Source of the DNA: Geminicoccus sp.
GTDB taxonomy: Bacteria > Pseudomonadota > Alphaproteobacteria > UBA7985
Assembly (NCBI GenBank): GCA_002708995.1
Contig: PAPT01000032.1
Coordinates: 100,039-164,038 of the forward strand
Direction of reading: 5' to 3'
Length of the DNA: 64,000 nucleotides
In this document: positions 10,266 through 18,393 of the stretch, one piece after another
Position numbering within the stretch: the stretch's first letter is position 1
Layout: each line of letters opens with the position of its first letter
Position numbers and translations under genes: made by a program
The notes under the pieces: generated by a model
Told to the model about the DNA's origin: nothing
The model's database searches: none
Seen by the model: the letters and a program-made list of their open reading frames with translations, nothing else

Positions 10266-10267
10266 GG

Positions 10268-10471
10268 TCAGTTACCCATGCCGCCGGTCAGGAACAGCAG
10301 CACCAGCGAGAGCACAGTCCCGCCCTGGCACACCGTCCGGGCCCGCATCAGCAGATTGCCGTATTTGTCGTTGAAGCTCCCGCCGCGGCCCATCGCAAAG
10401 GCCCCGACCAGCATGGTGACCAGCGTTCCGATCAGGAAGACACCGGTCAGAATCAGAAATATCGTGTTCAT
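10268..10471 (-). CDS. Twin-transmembrane-helix small protein (HIG1 domain)
   Basis: 67 aa with two TM helices; sits 2 nt upstream of the adenosyltransferase gene. Confidence 0.6.
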   Translation of the reverse strand: MNTIFLILTGVFLIGTLVTMLVGAFAMGRGGSFNDKYGNLLMRARTVCQGGTVLSLVLLFLTGGMGN

Positions 10472-10615
10472 AGCGACTCAAGTGGTGCGTGCAGGCGGAA
10501 AGTCAGCCATCGGCGGCAAAGAAAGTCCAATACAGGGAACATCGACCCCGCAGCCGAGACCTTCTTGGCAGATTTTGCGACACAAGAGGGGTGTTGGCGG
10601 CGGCGCCATCCGGTG

Positions 10616-11230
10616 TCATTGGCCGACGGGAACGGCGGTAAAGCTGTCATAGTGATCGACCGTGATCCAGATCGCCCCTTCGCCGGTCCGGCGGCGGTCA
10701 TAGACGATGCGCGCGGCGCCCCGGTAGCCCTCGACATAATCGAGGTCGACGACGGCGTAGCTGTTTGCTGACCGGGTCGGGAGCAGGCCCTCACGATTGC
10801 CGAAGGTATCGCCGCCAACCGCACCGTTGGGGTCAATGTCGTCTATGGTCCGTCCCGAGGACTTCCAGCCCCGATCCCGCGCCTGCGCTTTGGTCATGTA
10901 GCAATCGGGCAGCCGTCCGGCGTGCTGCAGGAAGGTCGTCACCTGCGCAAAGGCAAAGGGGTAGGTCAGGCACTGCTGCAGACCGAAGGCGGTGCGGGCC
11001 TCCACCAGAGCGCCTTCAAGATCGAGATCGTGGCCGCAGACCTCGGCCTCGGCGGCGGCCTGCTCCAGCGCTGCGAGGTCGAGCGCTGCCAGATCCAGCG
11101 GGGCCTGCACAGCGCCTTCAGGCAGGAACGCCGGGCGCAGGACCAGCACCACGAACCCGGCAACCGCCGCCAGCAGCAGGCCACCGCCGAGCAGGCTGAT
11201 CAGTCGTTGCGGCAGGGGTCGGTTCAGCAT
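10616..11230 (-). CDS. Secreted guanyl-specific ribonuclease (barnase / RNase Sa / N1-T1 family)
   Basis: Start MLNRPLPQRL… at 11228-11230, then an N-terminal hydrophobic signal/anchor. C-terminal domain has KSSGRTIDDIDPNG…GGDTFGNREGLLP…YAVVDLDY…GYRGAARIVY, which are microbial RNase hallmarks. The ORF-track extension to 11668 is Arg-rich and unconvincing. Confidence 0.75.
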   Translation of the reverse strand: MLNRPLPQRLISLLGGGLLLAAVAGFVVLVLRPAFLPEGAVQAPLDLAALDLAALEQAAAEAEVCGHDLDLEGALVEARTAFGLQQCLTYPFAFAQVTTFLQHAGRLPDCYMTKAQARDRGWKSSGRTIDDIDPNGAVGGDTFGNREGLLPTRSANSYAVVDLDYVEGYRGAARIVYDRRRTGEGAIWITVDHYDSFTAVPVGQ

Positions 11231-11326
11231 CTGGCAGTTCTCCTGTGACGAAAACCGTGTTTTCCTGAGCCCATTCAGGGCCATGGGCGCGCCGGATTGC
11301 GGGCCTCGACCCTGCGTTTGTATCGG

Positions 11327-12592
11327 ATGACGATGATGGATCAACTGCCTGTTTCGCCGCTCAAGCCTGCTGATATGCCCGCCCTGCCGGTCCTGAAAGG
11401 ACTGCGGGTTGCGACCGGAAACTCTGGGACCCGTTACCGGGGTCGGGCAGATGTGACCCTGATCGTGCTGCCGGACCAGACCTCGGCGGCGGGGGTGTTC
11501 ACCCGCTCCAAGTGCCCGAGCGCGCCGGTGGACTGGTGCCGCTCGGTGCTGCAGGGCGGTGCGCCGTCTGCCGGTCCTGCTGCCAGCAACACGGTCCGGG
11601 CGCTGCTGATCAACGCCGGTAACGCCAATGCCTTCACCGGTGCGGTCGGGGCGCACGCCTGCGCCCATACCGCCGCTGCCGTGGCCGGGGCGCTGGGCTG
11701 TGCGCCTGAAACCGTGCTGCTGTCCTCAACCGGGGTGATCGGCGAGCCGCTGGAAGCCGAAGCCCTCGGTACTGCCGCAGTCCGACTGGCCGAGGACGCC
11801 GCAGAAGCCTCGCTGGAGGCCGCCGCCGCCGCCATCGCAACCACCGATACCTTCGCCAAATGGGCGCAGGCCGAAGCCGCCTGTTCCAGTGACAGGGCTG
11901 TGTCCGTGGTCGGCATCGCCAAGGGGTCGGGCATGATCGCCCCGGATATGGCGACCATGCTCGGTTATGTTTTCATCGATGCGGCGGTCGAAGCCAGCTG
12001 GCTGCAAGGCGTTCTGAGCCGTGCTGCCGACCAGACCTTCAACGCAATGACCGTCGACAGCGATACCTCGACCAGCGACACCGTTCTCGCCTTTGGGCTG
12101 GGTAGCGGCGCTGCCGTCAGCACGGACGCCGACCTGCAGGCGGTCGAAGCCGCTATCTTCATCGTCTGCGACCAGCTCGCCGAGCAAATTGCCCGCGACG
12201 GCGAGGGCGCCAGCAAGCTGATCACCATCACCGTTGAGGGCGCGGAAAACGACGCTGCTGCGCGCACCATCGGGCTGTCGATCGCCAACTCGCCGCTTGT
12301 CAAAACCGCGATTGCCGGTGAAGACGCCAACTGGGGCCGCGTGGTCATGGCCGTGGGCAAGGCAGGTGAGGCCGCCGACCGCGACCGGCTCGCCATCTGG
12401 TTCGGCCCGCATCAGGTCGCGAGCGGGGGCCTGCGCGACCCCGGTTACAGCGAGGAAGCAGTCTCGGGTTACATGACCGCTGCGGAAATCGATATTCGCG
12501 TCGACCTCGGGCTGGGTGACGGCACGGCTCGGGTGCGCACCTGCGACCTGACCCACGGCTATATCAGCATCAACGCGGACTATCGGTCATGA
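11327..12592 (+). CDS. argJ: Bifunctional glutamate N-acetyltransferase / amino-acid acetyltransferase ArgJ
   Basis: ATMLGYVFIDA autoprocessing region and conserved C-terminus TCDLTHGYISINADYRS. Start may be TTG at 11297 or ATG at 11327. Confidence 0.9.
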   Translation: MTMMDQLPVSPLKPADMPALPVLKGLRVATGNSGTRYRGRADVTLIVLPDQTSAAGVFTRSKCPSAPVDWCRSVLQGGAPSAGPAASNTVRALLINAGNANAFTGAVGAHACAHTAAAVAGALGCAPETVLLSSTGVIGEPLEAEALGTAAVRLAEDAAEASLEAAAAAIATTDTFAKWAQAEAACSSDRAVSVVGIAKGSGMIAPDMATMLGYVFIDAAVEASWLQGVLSRAADQTFNAMTVDSDTSTSDTVLAFGLGSGAAVSTDADLQAVEAAIFIVCDQLAEQIARDGEGASKLITITVEGAENDAAARTIGLSIANSPLVKTAIAGEDANWGRVVMAVGKAGEAADRDRLAIWFGPHQVASGGLRDPGYSEEAVSGYMTAAEIDIRVDLGLGDGTARVRTCDLTHGYISINADYRS

Positions 12593-13617
12593 CCGCCAAC
12601 CGTGGTTGTGGCTGGTTCCCCGAAACCAGCGACCAGATGACGTTTCGCACGCCCAACCTGCGGCTCGAACCGCTCGCTGAACAGCATCTGGCCTTCGTGC
12701 AGGCCGAGGCCGCGAAGTGGGAAGTGGCGCAGCGGCTCTCAAGCGTGCCGCACCCCTACCCGGATGACGGCGCTGCAGACTATCTGGCGCGCGTGCAAGC
12801 TCATGTCGCGGCCCGAGAACAGGTCAGCTGGGTGGTTGCAGACCGAGCGACCGGCACCGATCTCGGCGTAATTACGCTTCGGTTTTTCGATGTCGACGAT
12901 CAGCCGTGCTGGGAGCTTGGATACTGGTACGCCCCCTCGGCCTGGGGTCGGGGTGTGGCGACCGAGGCGGCCTCCCACGTGCTCACCTTCGCCTTCCGCT
13001 TCATGGAGGTTGAGACGGTGACCAGTGGCGTGCCCCTCGATAATCTGGCGTCGCGCCGCGTGCTGGATAAGGTGGGGTTCGAGGGCTGGACCGAGGACAG
13101 CATCGAGACCGCGCACAGTGGCCGGCAGCCGCACCTTGCAACCCGCATGACCCGTGCTCAGTTCGAAGAGTTTCTATTCAGCGGGGGCTGCACCGCCCAA
13201 CCGCAGCTGGAGCGTTCGGTGCCGGTGGTCTGGGTCGCCGCCGCCGCCCTGTTCGACGCAGCCGACCGCGTGCTGGTCGCCCAGCGCCCGGCGGGCAAGT
13301 CGCTTGCGGGTCTGTGGGAGTTCCCCGGCGGCAAAATCGAGGCGCTTGAGTCCCCGGAAACCGCGCTGATCCGGGAGCTAAAAGAAGAGCTGGGCATCGA
13401 CGTCGGCGAAGGCTGTCTGGCGCCGCTGACCTTCGCCAGCCACGCCTATCCCAACTTTCACCTGATGATGCCGCTCTATGCGATCAACAAGTGGCAGGGC
13501 GAGCCCAAGGGTCAGGAAGGGCAGGCGCTGAAGTGGGTCACCAAGGCCGAGCTGCGCGAACTGCCCATGCCGCCGGCTGACGCGCCACTGTTGCCGGCGG
13601 TGCTGGACTGGATGTAG
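12589..13617 (+). CDS. Fusion protein: N-terminal GNAT (RimJ/RimL-like) acetyltransferase plus C-terminal Nudix hydrolase (MutT-like)
   Basis: Continuous 342-aa ORF overlapping the argJ stop (ATGA). Residues ~20-180 are GNAT-like. The C-terminus carries the Nudix box GGKIEALESPETALIRELKEELGI. Confidence 0.75.
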   Translation: MTANRGCGWFPETSDQMTFRTPNLRLEPLAEQHLAFVQAEAAKWEVAQRLSSVPHPYPDDGAADYLARVQAHVAAREQVSWVVADRATGTDLGVITLRFFDVDDQPCWELGYWYAPSAWGRGVATEAASHVLTFAFRFMEVETVTSGVPLDNLASRRVLDKVGFEGWTEDSIETAHSGRQPHLATRMTRAQFEEFLFSGGCTAQPQLERSVPVVWVAAAALFDAADRVLVAQRPAGKSLAGLWEFPGGKIEALESPETALIRELKEELGIDVGEGCLAPLTFASHAYPNFHLMMPLYAINKWQGEPKGQEGQALKWVTKAELRELPMPPADAPLLPAVLDWM

Positions 13618-13649
13618 CCCGCGAACCACCGACCACCGCGGGGGCCGGC

Positions 13650-14438
13650 TCAGTAGGAAGACGTGTCGATCTTCGCGGCCCCGCCCTTGATCTCCGCGAC
13701 AATGGCGGTGGCGGCGTTGCGCAGGATCCCGGCGTCTGACTGCACGGTGACGAACTGGAAACCCATTTCGATCATCCGCACCGCGTAAGGGGCGGTGCCG
13801 TTGTGCAGGCCCACCGGCTTTCCGGCGGCGCGGCAGGCGGCGATGATCTTCTCGAAGGCCTTGAGCACCACCTCGTTTTCCGTGTCCAGCCGGGGGCGCT
13901 GCCCCAGCGCGTTGGCAAGATCGTTGGGGCCGACGTAGATGGCGTCGATGCCCTCGGTGCCGACGATTTCCTCGACCCGATCGAGGCCTTCCGAGGTCTC
14001 GACCATGGCCATACGGATGATCTCGTCGTTGGCCTTGTCGGTGTAGTCGCTGCCGCCGTAGATCGAGGCGCGGATGGGCCCGAACGAGCGCGTGCCCAGC
14101 GGCGGGTAGGAGGCGTAGTGCACGAACTGGCGGGCGTCCTCGCCGTTGTTGATCATGGGGCAGATGACGCCGTAGGCGCCGGCGTCCAGCACCTTCATGA
14201 TCATGCCGGCATCCAGCCACGGGGCACGCACGAAGGGCACCACGTCGGTGGTCGAAATCGCCTGAAACTGCGAAACCGCAATCTGGTAGTCCATCAGCCC
14301 GTGCTGCATGTCGACAGTGATGCTGTCCCAGCCGCAGTGCGCCATGACCTCGGCCGTAAAGGCGGCGGGCGTCGCCAGCCAGCCGTTTGCGACTACGCCA
14401 CCCGATTTCCAGATTTCCCGAATTTTGTTGGGCCGCAT
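13650..14438 (-). CDS. HpcH/HpaI family aldolase (2-keto-3-deoxy-acid aldolase)
   Basis: Family-typical start MRPNKIREIWKSGG…GWL and the TIM-barrel aldolase pattern. The track start at 14501 is a less likely upstream ATG. Confidence 0.75.
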   Translation of the reverse strand: MRPNKIREIWKSGGVVANGWLATPAAFTAEVMAHCGWDSITVDMQHGLMDYQIAVSQFQAISTTDVVPFVRAPWLDAGMIMKVLDAGAYGVICPMINNGEDARQFVHYASYPPLGTRSFGPIRASIYGGSDYTDKANDEIIRMAMVETSEGLDRVEEIVGTEGIDAIYVGPNDLANALGQRPRLDTENEVVLKAFEKIIAACRAAGKPVGLHNGTAPYAVRMIEMGFQFVTVQSDAGILRNAATAIVAEIKGGAAKIDTSSY

Positions 14439-14598
14439 GGGCCTGTCCTCCTGCACCTGTTCGGGCGCGAGTTTAGCCAGCCCACGCTGCTTGTCGATCA
14501 CCCTCAGCAGCTCGGACTTGCTTTTTTTGACCTAGGATTGGCCAAAGCCGACCCCTACAAGGGCTTCAACAGGGAATATCACGAGCAATCGGACCAGC

Positions 14599-15369
14599 AT
14601 GACGGCCACGACGGCATATCGCACCGTGTTCATTTCGGACACGCATCTGGGCATGACAGGGGTTCGCAGCGCAACGCTGCTGACGTTCCTGCATGGCCTC
14701 TCGTGCAAGACGCTGTATCTGGTCGGCGACATCGTCGACGGCTGGGCGCTGCAGCGGCACTGGGTCTGGACCGAGACCGATGATCAGGTGCTGGAGACCA
14801 TCTTTGCGCAGGTCGCGAGGGGCACACGCGTGGTCTACATCCCCGGCAACCATGACGACATGGTGCGCGCGGTGCTACCGGTCGAACGCTTTGCGGGGAT
14901 CGAACTGCGGATCAATGACACCCTCACGCTGGCGGATGGTCGTCGGTTCTACGTCACCCATGGTGATCAGTTCGATGCCGTCACCAACAATATGACCTGG
15001 CTGTCGAAGTTTGGGCATCTCATCTACGAATACTACACCGCCGGGATGCGGCAGGTCGCTCGGGTGCCGGGCTTGGGCTGGGCCAACAATCTGCCCGCGC
15101 AGGCCAAGAGCCTGTCCAAGCGGATCTTCCAGCCCCAGGGCGCCTTCGAACGCGGCCTGCGTCGGGAGGCTGCCGAACGCAACGCCGTCGGCGCGATCGC
15201 CGGGCATATTCACCGTCCCGCCCTGAACACAAAGGGCGGCTTTACCTACGCCAATTGCGGGGACTGGGTTGAGTCCTGCACGGCGCTGGTCGAGGACGCG
15301 GATGGGCAACTGAGCCTGCTGTACTGGTCCGATGAGGGCCTGCTTGAACAAAAGGAGCGCGTCGGCTGA
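14599..15369 (+). CDS. plcP: LpxH-like metallophosphoesterase, probably phospholipase C PlcP
   Basis: Calcineurin-like motifs FISDTHLG, GDIVD, GNHDD, THGDQFD. It shares 1 nt of its stop with a downstream GT4 glycosyltransferase, the arrangement described for plcP–agt. Confidence 0.65.
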   Translation: MTATTAYRTVFISDTHLGMTGVRSATLLTFLHGLSCKTLYLVGDIVDGWALQRHWVWTETDDQVLETIFAQVARGTRVVYIPGNHDDMVRAVLPVERFAGIELRINDTLTLADGRRFYVTHGDQFDAVTNNMTWLSKFGHLIYEYYTAGMRQVARVPGLGWANNLPAQAKSLSKRIFQPQGAFERGLRREAAERNAVGAIAGHIHRPALNTKGGFTYANCGDWVESCTALVEDADGQLSLLYWSDEGLLEQKERVG

Positions 15370-16412
15370 TGCACATTCTTCTGGTGAGCGATGCCTGGCA
15401 TCCGCAGATCAACGGCGTGGTTCGGACCCTCGACACCACCCGGGCCATCGTCGAGGACAAGGGCCACACCTTCAGCCGCATCACCCCGGACCAGTTCCGG
15501 ATCAATATGCCCATGCCGATGTACAAGGAAATCGGGCTGGCGCTGTTCTGGCCGGGTGCTGTCAGCCGCCGGATCAAGGCGATTATCCGGGAAAACGGCG
15601 CGATCGACGCCATCCACGTGGCCACCGAAGGCCCGCTGGGCATGGCCGCGCGGGCCTTCTGCCAGCGCAACAAGATCCCCTTCACCACCTCCTTCCACAC
15701 CAAGCTCGCCGAGTACATCAACGAGCGCACTGGCATTCCCGCACGCTGGCTCTGGCGCTGGCTAGAGTGGTTTCACCGCCCTGCGCAGCGGGTGCTTGTG
15801 ACCAATCAGGGCATGGCGGACGAGCTGGCCGGTTTCGGCATCAAGCACACCCACCTATGGCCGCGCGGGGTCGATCTGGAGCTGTTCCACCCGTCCAAGA
15901 AGCCGTCGACGCACGTCGCGGACCTGCAGCGCCCAGTGTTCGTCTATGTCGGCCGGGTCGCGGTGGAGAAGAATATCGAGAGCTTCCTGCAGCTCGACCT
16001 GCCGGGGACGAAAATGATCGTAGGCTCCGGGCCATCCTATGATTCGCTTAAGGCCAAGTACACCGACGCCGTTTTCACCGGCCCGCTGCACGGTGACGAG
16101 CTTGCCGGGGCCTACGCGGACTCGGACGTGTTCGTGTTTCCTTCGAAAACCGATACCTTCGGCCTGGTCCTGCTGGAGGCCTGCGCGGCCGGAACGCCCG
16201 TCGCAGCTTTTCCGGTCACCGGCCCGAAGGATGTGATCACCGACCCTGCGGTCGGCACGCTGAGCGAGGATTTGCAGGCAGCCTGCCTGCGGTCGCTGGA
16301 GCTGTCATCGGAAGCAGCGCGGACCTATGCGGAAGGCTTCTCGTGGGATGCCGCGACCCAGACCTTCCTCGACGCCCTCGAGCGGACCTCGGTGACCGGC
16401 AACGAAGACTGA
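15369..16412 (+). CDS. agt: GT4 (group 1) glycosyltransferase, Agt-like glycolipid synthase
   Basis: ILLVSDAWHPQINGVVRT N-terminus and the EX7E region FPSKTDTFGLVLLEACAAGTPV. Confidence 0.75.
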   Translation: MHILLVSDAWHPQINGVVRTLDTTRAIVEDKGHTFSRITPDQFRINMPMPMYKEIGLALFWPGAVSRRIKAIIRENGAIDAIHVATEGPLGMAARAFCQRNKIPFTTSFHTKLAEYINERTGIPARWLWRWLEWFHRPAQRVLVTNQGMADELAGFGIKHTHLWPRGVDLELFHPSKKPSTHVADLQRPVFVYVGRVAVEKNIESFLQLDLPGTKMIVGSGPSYDSLKAKYTDAVFTGPLHGDELAGAYADSDVFVFPSKTDTFGLVLLEACAAGTPVAAFPVTGPKDVITDPAVGTLSEDLQAACLRSLELSSEAARTYAEGFSWDAATQTFLDALERTSVTGNED

Positions 16413-16482
16413 GGGTCTCAGCCTCGTCGCCGGTGTGACTGACGGAGATGGAGGGTCAGTCAGACTCTCGTGGCCGCCCTGA

Positions 16483-16749
16483 TCAGCCGAGCAGGATGGT
16501 GCGGCGGTCCATGCGGTGGGCCACTTCTGCAATCTCGTAGCGAACCTGAGCATTGCCCGTGGACTGGAACGACAGCGCGCGCCACTTGCTCATAGCCTCA
16601 TCGTGGGACCGGAACGGCCCGTGGATCTGGTTGGAGCGGGTCAGGACTTCCTCGAACGAGGTGTCGGTGAATTCACCGCCGATCACGTAGAAAAAGGTCT
16701 TTTCGGTCTGAGCCTCGGGTTGAGGCCGGTTTGCAGCGGGTGCTTGCAT
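16483..16749 (-). CDS. Small conserved hypothetical protein (possibly DUF4170)
   Basis: Start MQAPAAN… at 16747-16749 with GGAG upstream; co-directional and immediately downstream of aceA. Confidence 0.45.
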   Translation of the reverse strand: MQAPAANRPQPEAQTEKTFFYVIGGEFTDTSFEEVLTRSNQIHGPFRSHDEAMSKWRALSFQSTGNAQVRYEIAEVAHRMDRRTILLG

Positions 16750-16825
16750 GGTCTGGTCTCCAGTACTCACAGGATGGGGCCAAGAGCCCAACCCAGAAGG
16801 ATCGGGCAGGGCGAGGCGGGGGTAA

Positions 16826-18151
16826 TCAGGACGCTGCGGCGCGGACGTTGAACTGCTCTTCCTCGGTCGAGCCGGTCAGCGCGGTCACCGAGGAGGTGCC
16901 GCCCTGGATCGTCGTGGTAACATCGTCGAAGTAACCGGCGCCGACTTCCTGCTGGTGCGAAACGAAGGTGTAGCCCCGATCCGCGTCGGCAAATTCCTGC
17001 TCCTGCAGCTCGACGTAGGCCGACATGCCGCGAGCGGCGTAGTCGTTGGCCAGCCGGAACATCGAATTCCACATGGCGTGGATGCCGGCGAGCGTGATGA
17101 ACTGGTAGCGGTAGCCCATGGCCGCCAGCTCGGTCTGGAACTTGGCAATGGTGGCGTCGTCGAGGTTACGCTTCCAGTTGAAGGACGGCGAGCAATTATA
17201 GGACAGCAGCTGGTCCGGATATTCCTTCTTGATCGCCTCGGCAAAGCGGCGCGCTTCGTCGAGGTCGGGCGTCGCCGTCTCACACCAGATCAAGTCGGCA
17301 TAGGGGGCGTAGGCGAGGCCGCGGGCAATCGCCTGATCCAGCCCGGGGTTGGTGACGAAGAAGCCCTCAGACGTTCGCTCGCCGGTGACGAAGGGTGCGT
17401 CGGAGGGGTCAACGTCGGAGGTGATCAGGTTGGCGGCATTGGCGTCCGTCCGCGCCAGAATGATCGTGCCCGTTCCCAGCACGTCGGAGGCAAGACGCGC
17501 CGAGATCAGCTTTTGCACGGCTTCCTGGGTTGGAACGAGCACCTTGCCGCCCATGTGACCGCACTTCTTTACCGACGCCAGCTGGTCCTCGAAGTGGACC
17601 CCGGCAGCGCCAGCGGAAATCAGGCCCTTGGCCAGCTCGAAGGCATTGAGGACGCCGCCAAAGCCAGCTTCGGCGTCGGCAACAATCGGCAGGAAGTAGT
17701 CGATCCCGCCCTCTTCTTCGGGGCTCATGCCCTTGGCCCATTGAATTTCATCGGCGCGGATGAAGGCGTTGTTGATGCGCTCGACCACGGCCGGAACCGA
17801 GTTCACCGGGTACAGCGACTGGTCGGGGTACATGGTCGGCGCGGTGTTGGCGTCGGCGGCAACCTGCCAGCCGGAAAGATAAATGGCTTCGATGCCCGCC
17901 TTGGCCTGCTGTACCGCCTGACCGCCGGTCAGGGCGCCAAGGCAGCGGACGGCCTGATCATCACCATCGCGGTTGACCATGTCCCAGAGCTTCCGGGCGC
18001 CGTTGCAGGCGAGGGTGTTTTCGCGCCGAACCGACCCGCGCAGCCGCACCACGTCTTCGGCGGTGTAACCGCGTTTGACGTTGGCCCATCGCGGGTTGGA
18101 GGCCCAATCCTGCTGGAGGTCGGTGATCTGCTGCTGGCGGGTCGTGCTCAT
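16826..18151 (-). CDS. aceA: Isocitrate lyase
   Basis: KKCGHMGGK active-site motif; full-length ICL. Confidence 0.95.
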   Translation of the reverse strand: MSTTRQQQITDLQQDWASNPRWANVKRGYTAEDVVRLRGSVRRENTLACNGARKLWDMVNRDGDDQAVRCLGALTGGQAVQQAKAGIEAIYLSGWQVAADANTAPTMYPDQSLYPVNSVPAVVERINNAFIRADEIQWAKGMSPEEEGGIDYFLPIVADAEAGFGGVLNAFELAKGLISAGAAGVHFEDQLASVKKCGHMGGKVLVPTQEAVQKLISARLASDVLGTGTIILARTDANAANLITSDVDPSDAPFVTGERTSEGFFVTNPGLDQAIARGLAYAPYADLIWCETATPDLDEARRFAEAIKKEYPDQLLSYNCSPSFNWKRNLDDATIAKFQTELAAMGYRYQFITLAGIHAMWNSMFRLANDYAARGMSAYVELQEQEFADADRGYTFVSHQQEVGAGYFDDVTTTIQGGTSSVTALTGSTEEEQFNVRAAAS

Positions 18152-18329
18152 GATGCGTTTCCTGTGTCTGGGTCGCGGTAATCAGGCTCGTGGATCTTGA
18201 TCGACATGAAGGTCGGATTGAGGGGCAAAGTGTGGCGGGGGTCTGAGCCCCGGTCCGCGGCGGTCCCGCGTTTATTCCGCCACCATAGTGCCAAGGCAGG
18301 GTGCGACCGTCAGGCGTGGTTGAGTATGA

Positions 18330-18345
18330 TTGTAAAGATTTACAA
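18330..18345. promoter_or_regulatory. Perfect 7-2-7 palindrome TTGTAAAgaTTTACAA in an AT-rich divergent aceA/ramB promoter region; candidate RamB/ScfR operator
   Basis: Read directly from the sequence; it sits in the most AT-rich part of the 242-bp intergenic region. Confidence 0.4.
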
Positions 18346-18393
18346 ACAAATATTGTGAATGCATGTTAAGAATTATCTATTCGGGGCGGAGCC

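Noticed and set aside
13378-14220. 280-aa Arg/His-rich minus-strand ORF and 13803..14783 plus-strand ORF
   Set aside because: Both overlap the HpcH aldolase gene in other frames; composition is non-protein-like.
14502-14598. Pho box upstream of the plcP-like gene
   Set aside because: Looked for CTGTCAT-N4-CTGTCAT-like direct repeats. Nothing convincing by eye; needs a PWM scan.
16955-18181. 408-aa plus-strand ORF
   Set aside because: Antisense to aceA (which has the KKCGH motif).
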